From a virus (Duplodnaviria; Heunggongvirae; Uroviricota; Caudoviricetes): a stretch of 64,000 bases of DNA. The position numbers and the translations under genes are program-made. The DNA lies in the IMG/VR virus record IMGVR_UViG_3300027804_000053; one strand, written 5' to 3'. Below, piece after piece: positions 58,030 to 64,000 of the stretch. The notes beneath the pieces were generated by a model. The model ran no database searches. It had not been told where the DNA came from and saw nothing but the letters and a program-made list of their open reading frames with translations. Numbering within the stretch: position 1 is the stretch's first letter; each line of letters begins with the position of its first letter.

Positions 58030-58422
58030 ATGAGAACTTTTGTTTTGTTTATTTTTTTACTTCTGACTTTTCATGTAAAAGCACAGAGACTTACAAATAA
58101 TTTGGGTTCAACCATTGGATTTATCGAAGATGGTAGAGTTAAAAACAATTTGGGTTCAACAGTTGGTTATATCGAAGAAGGAAGGATAAAAAATAATTTA
58201 GGGTCAACCATAGGTTCTTTCGATGGTATAAGAGTTAGAAACAATTTGGGAAGCACCATCGGTTATATAGAAAATGGTAGGGTTAGAAATCATTTAGGAA
58301 CAACCATAGGATATGTTCAGGGAGGAAGAGTAACCAACAATCTAGGTAAAACAATTGGACATTATATTGGTGTTAGAGATGAGGACGCTGCGTTGTATTT
58401 TTTCTTTTTCTTTTTCTTTTAG
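58030..58422 (+). CDS. secreted protein made of six tandem 16-aa repeats
   Basis: Signal-like N-terminus MRTFVLFIFLLLTFHVKA. (K/R)NNLGSTIGYIE(E/D)GR(V/I) repeated six times. Ends in FFFFFF encoded by (TTTTTC)n. Confidence 0.45.
   Translation: MRTFVLFIFLLLTFHVKAQRLTNNLGSTIGFIEDGRVKNNLGSTVGYIEEGRIKNNLGSTIGSFDGIRVRNNLGSTIGYIENGRVRNHLGTTIGYVQGGRVTNNLGKTIGHYIGVRDEDAALYFFFFFFF
58090..58377 (+). repeat. six tandem 48-nt coding repeats
   Basis: Direct repeats visible at protein level (NNLGSTIG... unit). Confidence 0.6.
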
Positions 58423-58660
58423 GTGGCTCTTCATCCATTTTAAAGGCGAGAGTGAAGGCCATCTTTTTGTCAGAATCCAACATATCAAAAAGTGTTTGAG
58501 TTTCTTTTGAAATTTCAAACCCTTCAGTATTGGTTGGAGGTCTTTTGAGAGTGTAATAAACATGCAAAAGTGGTCCTAACTCTATAACTAAGACCCTTTC
58601 GATTACGGGAAAGTGAGGTAATAAAATTTTTTCAAGAACCTTTTGGAAGTTTTCTCTCAT
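58373..58660 (-). CDS. hypothetical protein with basic KRKRKRK C-terminus (overlaps the 3' end of 58030..58422 convergently)
   Basis: ATG at 58660 (MRENFQKVLEK...). The C-terminal KRKRKRK is encoded by the complement of the (TTTTTC)n tract. Confidence 0.35.
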   Translation of the reverse strand: MRENFQKVLEKILLPHFPVIERVLVIELGPLLHVYYTLKRPPTNTEGFEISKETQTLFDMLDSDKKMAFTLAFKMDEEPPKRKRKRKNTTQRPHL

Positions 58661-58735
58661 ACCTGTAAATATAAAAAAAATTTCACAACAATTTCTTTTA
58701 TCAAAAATATTATTTATGATTAAAAAAAAATCAAA

Positions 58736-59314
58736 ATGGCAGAATACAGCGAAAAGTGGAAAAAGTCTTTTGAAAAGAAATATTCCAAAGTTATCAAAGA
58801 ACTTCAATCCTTAGAGAACGAATATAAGGAAATGATTGACACAAACCCGAATGAATGGATTTCAATTTATCCTGATGAATCTGTCGTTTATTTTGGTCCC
58901 TTAGAGGGATATTGGATTTCACATTACAAACAAGGTGAAGACGCTGAAAACCCACAAGAGTTCGTAAGTTTATCTCTTAATTCAAAACTTGGAAACTTTA
59001 GTTTTAGAATTGAATCATTGGAGCAACTAATCAAGTTAAGAAATGAATTACTTGAGTTCTCCGATAAGTTTAGTAGAACTGAGGACCCTGTTAAAAAAAT
59101 CGACCCTGATGAATGTGAAGATGAAGAAGGATGGGAAGATAACGAAGAAGAAGAATATACTATTCAATGTTCAAGAACTTGTGTACAAAGTTGGACACAC
59201 ACCGTTCAAGCGAGAAGTACTTGTGAAGCAATCAGAAAAGCTCAAGAAGGAGAAGGACATGATGAAAATGATGATTTGGATGATTACGGAGAAATAGATT
59301 ACGAATCAATTTAA
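58736..59314 (+). CDS. acidic hypothetical protein
   Basis: ORF track. D/E-rich C-terminal half. Confidence 0.45.
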   Translation: MAEYSEKWKKSFEKKYSKVIKELQSLENEYKEMIDTNPNEWISIYPDESVVYFGPLEGYWISHYKQGEDAENPQEFVSLSLNSKLGNFSFRIESLEQLIKLRNELLEFSDKFSRTEDPVKKIDPDECEDEEGWEDNEEEEYTIQCSRTCVQSWTHTVQARSTCEAIRKAQEGEGHDENDDLDDYGEIDYESI

Positions 59315-59321
59315 ACGATAA

Positions 59322-59347
59322 CCCTCACCAATGGTGGGGGTTTTTTA
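59322..59347 (+). terminator. intrinsic terminator (CCCTCACCA-atgg-TGGTGGGGG hairpin with G.U pair, then T6)
   Basis: accctcaccaatggtgggggttttttatt immediately after the stop. Confidence 0.55.
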
Positions 59348-59453
59348 TTCAAGTTCATCTTGTTGCAAATAAATCACTAAACATTCTAGCCCATTCGATG
59401 AATGTGATTACTGTGATTATCAATGCGATTATAATCAAGAATTTTTTCATTAG

Positions 59454-59786
59454 TTAGGGAATGATTTTATATAATTCTTCATCAGTACCTATGTCGTATT
59501 TGAAATAGAAATCTTCTATATATTTCAAAATCTTTCCATCCAAACAATTAATCAAACAGTCTTCGTAAGCTTCATAAAGTTCATCGTTTATATTGGCATA
59601 ATCATATTCGGCCATCAAAAAATCATCAATAGCTCTTGAATGAACGTCTTGAACGAATTGTTGCAAATCAACACCACGGTCATCATAATGGTTACAGGCA
59701 AATCTAACATATTCGAAATAATCTGTGGGAGACATTCTTCTTCTCAACCAATTTTCCCACTGACTTTCTGTGATGATGTATTTCAT
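59454..59786 (-). CDS. small acidic hypothetical protein
   Basis: ORF track. First of four tightly packed minus-strand small genes. Confidence 0.4.
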   Translation of the reverse strand: MKYIITESQWENWLRRRMSPTDYFEYVRFACNHYDDRGVDLQQFVQDVHSRAIDDFLMAEYDYANINDELYEAYEDCLINCLDGKILKYIEDFYFKYDIGTDEELYKIIP

Positions 59787-59804
59787 ACTTATAAATAGTA
59801 GAAA

Positions 59805-60131
59805 TTATTCTTCTACGATGATGATACTTATTCCGTGTTGTTCAATCGGGGAGAAATAATTGTTTGTGTATTGAAGACCTGATGTTTTAATTCCCAAATA
59901 CTTTTCAATGTATTCTCTAACTTCTTTTGCTAACATTGATTCTTTGTGTTCTTTCAAATCTTTGTGTTGACGATTTAAAATATAATCATCAGAAATATGG
60001 TCAAAATAAAATATCAAAAAATACTCTACATAATTTCCGCTCTTCAGTTCTCTGATACGAGTTTTTTCTGGGCGGTATACTTGTTCAACGAACTTTTGAA
60101 TTGCTTTAACGTTTTGTTCCCTTTCTGTCAT
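59805..60131 (-). CDS. small hypothetical protein
   Basis: ORF track. Confidence 0.4.
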   Translation of the reverse strand: MTEREQNVKAIQKFVEQVYRPEKTRIRELKSGNYVEYFLIFYFDHISDDYILNRQHKDLKEHKESMLAKEVREYIEKYLGIKTSGLQYTNNYFSPIEQHGISIIIVEE

Positions 60132-60141
60132 AAAATAATTT

Positions 60142-60444
60142 CTAAGGTCTATATATCCCTCTGACGTTAATCACAAATTTATTTTGAATTTTGTAGTCAT
60201 AGAGACCACCGAAAATTCCTCTAAGTCCAAGATGAGATAAAGCTCTTTCAAGTCTTTCTTTAATAATTAGAACCTCTTCTCTATCAGTTTTATGAGGAAG
60301 GTATATATAAATTTCATATAGTTCCAAGTTATCATCGCCTTGGTTTGCTTCGACGCTATAATCAGCGCCCGAAACATCTTTTAATACAAAGTTCTTAATT
60401 ATTTTTTCAATTGAGGTTCTCATCCATAATAAATAGACAATCAC
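60142..60444 (-). CDS. small hypothetical protein
   Basis: ORF track. Confidence 0.4.
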   Translation of the reverse strand: MIVYLLWMRTSIEKIIKNFVLKDVSGADYSVEANQGDDNLELYEIYIYLPHKTDREEVLIIKERLERALSHLGLRGIFGGLYDYKIQNKFVINVRGIYRP

Positions 60445-60737
60445 CTCAAATAATGACCTTTGTTTCTTAAGTTTTTGTGAGACCTAAAAATGATTGCATA
60501 GTCATCTTTTTCACCAAGACCAATCATATCAATTAAACCCGATGCTTTTTTGTGTATTTCGTGCATCATAACACTATCGACCCATTCGTAACTACCTTCT
60601 TTAATGACAAAGACAATTTCATAAAAGCGCTTAGGACCAACCTCACCATATTTCTTACTGAACACATAGTCAAATTCAGAGCATTGAGGTATGAGCATTT
60701 TATTAAACACGCAATCTATTTGTTCTCGAAGGTCCAT
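60441..60737 (-). CDS. small hypothetical protein
   Basis: ORF track. ATG verified. Stop overlaps the downstream start. Confidence 0.4.
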   Translation of the reverse strand: MDLREQIDCVFNKMLIPQCSEFDYVFSKKYGEVGPKRFYEIVFVIKEGSYEWVDSVMMHEIHKKASGLIDMIGLGEKDDYAIIFRSHKNLRNKGHYLR

Positions 60738-60857
60738 CCCAGCAAATATACAAAAATAAATTGTGAACTGTCAAGAAATCCTTGTCGGTTCCTTCTCCTT
60801 AGAGAAGTATACACCTAACAACAAGTACTTACCATCATTTAGCATGTCAAATTATTA

Positions 60858-61616
60858 TCAAGAAAGAGTAATCAATTCCCACTTGTTTTCTTTAGTAAGA
60901 ACAAGTGCGGAGAAATTTTCGACCCAATCTCCTGAGTTATAATAAGTTACCCCATTAATTTTTTTTATTGACGGAATATGGATGTGACCACAAACAACAA
61001 TATCTGCGTTTTTTGTTTTTGCATATTCACAAGCGTTAACTTCAAAATCATTGATAAAACTAATGGCATCTTTAACATTTTCCTTGATAATTTTGGATAT
61101 AGAAAAATAAGGTTTACCCATTTTATTTCTATAATCATTGTACCAAGTATTAACACGAAGAGCAATATCATAACCCACGGAGCCTATGTAAGATAAGAAT
61201 TTATATTTAACGGTCACATCTATTTTATCACCGTGGAATACAAAAACTTTCTTGGTACCGAAGTTATCATCTTCACCTAACCATACACTTTGATAATAGG
61301 TATAATCCTCAACGAACTTTATATTACCCAAATCAAATTCAAATAAGTCTTCCAAATCATTATCATGATTTCCGCGGATATATATAACTTCTGTGTGACG
61401 ACTTATATCCAATATTTTCATTAAGACTTTTGTATGTTTGTTTTTCCACTTGCTGCCACGTTTAAGAGCATCAATATCAATGATATCTCCGTTTAGAATC
61501 AGAAGTTCCGTTTCGATGGAATTTAAAAATTCCAATATCTTTTTTGGTGAGCTATCTTTCATTCCGAGGTGAAGGTCGGACATGATAACAACTTTATACC
61601 CAGTAATTGTGTTCAT
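60858..61616 (-). CDS. calcineurin-like metallophosphoesterase, LpxH-like
   Basis: VVIMSDLHLG (motif I). LNGDIID (II). IYIRGNHDN (III). VFHGDK. VVCGHIH (V). The C-terminal YYNSGDW matches the LpxH-type end. Confidence 0.55.
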   Translation of the reverse strand: MNTITGYKVVIMSDLHLGMKDSSPKKILEFLNSIETELLILNGDIIDIDALKRGSKWKNKHTKVLMKILDISRHTEVIYIRGNHDNDLEDLFEFDLGNIKFVEDYTYYQSVWLGEDDNFGTKKVFVFHGDKIDVTVKYKFLSYIGSVGYDIALRVNTWYNDYRNKMGKPYFSISKIIKENVKDAISFINDFEVNACEYAKTKNADIVVCGHIHIPSIKKINGVTYYNSGDWVENFSALVLTKENKWELITLS

Positions 61617-62292
61617 TTTTAAAAAACTCAGGATTGTCTTTATTAACAGCAGAAAGAACCGCCATTTTTAGCATGTACCACAAACCTTTTTTCTTGAACC
61701 TTCTATCTGTGGTATATATTTTTTTATTATAAACTCCAAATTTTGATGGGTGAACTTTTGAAGATAGATGAAAGTCTTCGGCAAATAAATCCTCATTAAT
61801 AAAACCTCCAAGTTTATCAAAAACTTCTTTATCGAACATCATAAAACCACCAATTGCACATGGCAGGTGATGAGAATAAAAATCTCTGAACCATTCAAAT
61901 ATAGGGAAGACCAATGAATATTTCCCACGAGTTCGGAATCTACAAGTAACAAGATAAAGTGAATTATTAATCATATAATTCAAAGAGTTATCTATTGTCT
62001 CATTATCATGTAAGAAAATATCTGCATCCAAGAAAAGAACATATGGTGTATCAACAAGTTTTGCTCCATTGTTTCTTGCTACAGATGGGAAACCTCCGTC
62101 AATTATTTCAACGTTGAGATGGGGACAATAGGTGTTGTTAATTATTTCTCTTGTAAGGTCATCTGATGAATCAGCGATGATTACCTTCGTCCCGTGGATG
62201 TTGATTTGTTTATCCAAATACTTCAACGTAAATGAAATCAAATCCCTTTCGTTTTTACAAGGGATTACAATGGTTAGAATATCTTTTATCAT
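61594..62292 (-). CDS. glycosyltransferase family 2
   Basis: IVIPCKNERDLISFTLKYL...KVIIADSSDD...FLDADIF has the GT2 signature with DxD. Confidence 0.55.
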   Translation of the reverse strand: MIKDILTIVIPCKNERDLISFTLKYLDKQINIHGTKVIIADSSDDLTREIINNTYCPHLNVEIIDGGFPSVARNNGAKLVDTPYVLFLDADIFLHDNETIDNSLNYMINNSLYLVTCRFRTRGKYSLVFPIFEWFRDFYSHHLPCAIGGFMMFDKEVFDKLGGFINEDLFAEDFHLSSKVHPSKFGVYNKKIYTTDRRFKKKGLWYMLKMAVLSAVNKDNPEFFKNEHNYWV

Positions 62293-62345
62293 TACAATAA
62301 ATAGAAAATTCTAACAAGACAAATATTAACTTATTATGAATAATG

Positions 62346-62720
62346 TTAATAATTAGGGGGACTTTTTCTAGTAGGATAGATATCAATTTCATCGATATCC
62401 ACATCAAACTTTTCACTGACCCAATCACCAATAATATCAAGGGCTTTTCCTTGTCTAACAGAAAATGTATTTCTTATAAAGTCGGCAACATCGGGGTGAA
62501 CATGCAAACTACCAATTCCGTTATGAGGGGTTCCGTCATCGTACTCGCCAGGTTCATACCAAAAATATGAAATGAGTTCTCTTTCTTTGTCATCAAACAT
62601 ATCAACCCTCCAATTTTCATCATCTATTACGTCTTTTCTAAAATCCTTTTTGCTGAACATCTTGTTCAGGTAACCATAAACTAAATTATGAAATTGTGTG
62701 GGTGTTATTACATATCTCAT
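62346..62720 (-). CDS. hypothetical protein
   Basis: ORF track. ATG verified. Confidence 0.4.
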   Translation of the reverse strand: MRYVITPTQFHNLVYGYLNKMFSKKDFRKDVIDDENWRVDMFDDKERELISYFWYEPGEYDDGTPHNGIGSLHVHPDVADFIRNTFSVRQGKALDIIGDWVSEKFDVDIDEIDIYPTRKSPPNY

Positions 62721-63308
62721 GATAACAAAGTATTATTTCTATCAATAAATAGTTCAGTAATGTGTAGTTCAATTATATTTATTTACATGACGCTCCACGA
62801 AAATATTCACAGGATAAAACAAGTGATGGGGATTATATCCGAAAGGTTAGAGGATATAAAAGGAACACCATTATATCACAAGACATCTACAAACCGCGGA
62901 TTAGATATTATATCTTCAAATTCATTAAGAGGTACATTACCGTCAGGGGAATATTTAAGTCACGACAAACGATTAGCCAGAACCAAACATCAAAACGCAA
63001 TATCATTTACAAGAGACAAAAATTGGATACCAAACTCTTCAATAGGTATTGGTCTCGAATCACCATTAGAAGACAATGACATGATATTTGTTGTTGATAA
63101 AAATAAATTAAGAACAAAATATAGAGTCGAACCTTTTAACTATCCAGGTATCGAACCTGATTATGAACATCATAAGAAAAATGATGAGTTAGAAGAAAGA
63201 GTTCTTACAGACGAGATTTACCCACTAAGAAAATATCTTACAGACATCATTTACACGGGGGACAATCCAAAAGTTCAAAGTATTATAGACAATTATCTCA
63301 ATGGGTAA
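62688..63308 (+). CDS. hypothetical protein
   Basis: ORF track. Start uncertain; internal Met codons are alternatives. Confidence 0.35.
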   Translation: MKLCGCYYISHDNKVLFLSINSSVMCSSIIFIYMTLHENIHRIKQVMGIISERLEDIKGTPLYHKTSTNRGLDIISSNSLRGTLPSGEYLSHDKRLARTKHQNAISFTRDKNWIPNSSIGIGLESPLEDNDMIFVVDKNKLRTKYRVEPFNYPGIEPDYEHHKKNDELEERVLTDEIYPLRKYLTDIIYTGDNPKVQSIIDNYLNG

Positions 63309-63399
63309 TGTGTAGTGTTGTCTCCTCAGTTCAATGGAAAAAAAACCGATTGAAAAAAAAATAAAAAAAAATTTGGTGGTTTAATTTTTTCATGTAATT

Positions 63400-63936
63400 T
63401 TGTTTTCAAATAAACAAATCAATATGAAAAAAACACTTGTGGTCGCAATCACCTTAATTGCCCTCGGAATCGTTGTTAAATCCTGCACATCATCTTCTGC
63501 AGAATCAACGTCAAAGTCAACAAAACCGACTGAAACCGAAATTACACAAAACATATGGAAGTATGATTCTTCTGTCAGTGAAATGGGAGACAAATCCCTT
63601 TTTGCAGAAATAGAAGCAAATGAAAAAGTATATATGGAATTCCCATACAATGGGGGTTCCACAGGAACTTTAATTGTTCGTAGTAAAAATGGTAAAAAAT
63701 CTGCAATGTTCATAATCGATAAAGGTCAGATTGATACAGATTATGACGGAACTTACGTAAGAATTAAATTCGATGACGAAGTACCACAAAAATGGTCTGC
63801 GTCTGGACCATCTGACAATTCTTCTGATGTCCTTTTTTTCAACAACGAAACTAAACTCATCAATAAATTGAAAACTACTAAAAAAGTTGTTTTGGCGGAT
63901 TCCGAGACCAATTCGAGTACTGTTACAACGAGTTGA
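63400..63936 (+). CDS. putative lipoprotein
   Basis: MKKTLVVAITLIALGIVVKSC: signal peptide followed by a lipobox-like VKSC, then a Ser/Thr-rich linker. Confidence 0.5.
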   Translation: MFSNKQINMKKTLVVAITLIALGIVVKSCTSSSAESTSKSTKPTETEITQNIWKYDSSVSEMGDKSLFAEIEANEKVYMEFPYNGGSTGTLIVRSKNGKKSAMFIIDKGQIDTDYDGTYVRIKFDDEVPQKWSASGPSDNSSDVLFFNNETKLINKLKTTKKVVLADSETNSSTVTTS

Positions 63937-64000
63937 AGTACTCCTGAGAAAACGAAAGGCTCACTTCAAGACTAAACGCTTGAAGCCAACTGAACTCGAG

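Noticed and set aside
63390-63713. Minus-strand ORF overlapping the lipoprotein gene.
   Set aside because: Fully antisense to a gene with a clear signal peptide and lipobox. Cys/Phe-rich translation typical of antisense noise.
1-64000. Eukaryotic giant-virus (mimivirus-like) origin, suggested by collagen-like fibres, MORN repeats, DnaJ, thioredoxin and glycosyltransferases.
   Set aside because: Gene organisation is prokaryotic. There are ATGA/TGATG translational coupling, Rho-independent terminators with T-runs, a bacterial initiator-type tRNA, Dam methylase, UmuD'C and a GIY-YIG endonuclease. There are no introns, poly(A)-signal-like motifs or eukaryotic-type promoters.

Overview
AT-rich window (roughly one-third G+C by eye), densely packed with mostly co-directional ORFs. 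Start/stop overlaps (ATGA, TGATG) are frequent, and GC-hairpin plus T-run intrinsic terminators sit between gene blocks. The gene content reads as a segment of a large tailed dsDNA bacteriophage rather than a cellular chromosome or a eukaryotic giant virus: Dam methylase, a second DNA methyltransferase, a free-standing GIY-YIG endonuclease, UmuD'/UmuC, a bacterial initiator-type tRNA and phage-type auxiliary genes. A small Bacteroidota-type histone-H1-like gene hints at a Bacteroidota-like host (inference only). The centrepiece is a three-gene operon (13676-23302) of giant collagen-like (Gly-X-Y, ~800 residues) fibre proteins. Each ends in a phage tailspike/tail-fibre C-terminal intramolecular chaperone domain (peptidase S74-like, S-D-x-R/N-L/V-K motif). 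Second, a tRNA-Met(CAU) with bacterial-initiator features (C1xA72) is followed by ~1 kb of ORF-free, GC-enriched, hairpin-rich sequence ending in a terminator. This is a candidate large structured ncRNA (the GOLLD/ROOL class is known to sit beside tRNAs in phages). Third, there is a dispersed glycan-modification and sulfation gene set that is unusual for a phage: an APS-kinase-like kinase, two sulfotransferase paralogs (5'-PSB and 3'-PB motifs), three GT2-type glycosyltransferases, UDP-galactopyranose mutase, a TylF-like O-methyltransferase and an LpxH-like phosphoesterase. Fourth, there is an NAD/nucleotide module (HxGH NMN-adenylyltransferase-like, Nudix, DHH phosphoesterase) of the kind phages use against NAD-depleting defences. 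Other recognisable genes: DnaJ, an expanded DnaJ-type zinc-finger array protein, thioredoxin, glutaredoxin-like, SPFH/band-7, a MORN-repeat protein, Smr, FeoA-like, a flavodoxin-like reductase, and HExxH metallopeptidase-like proteins. All calls rest on motif recognition by eye. No database searches were run.
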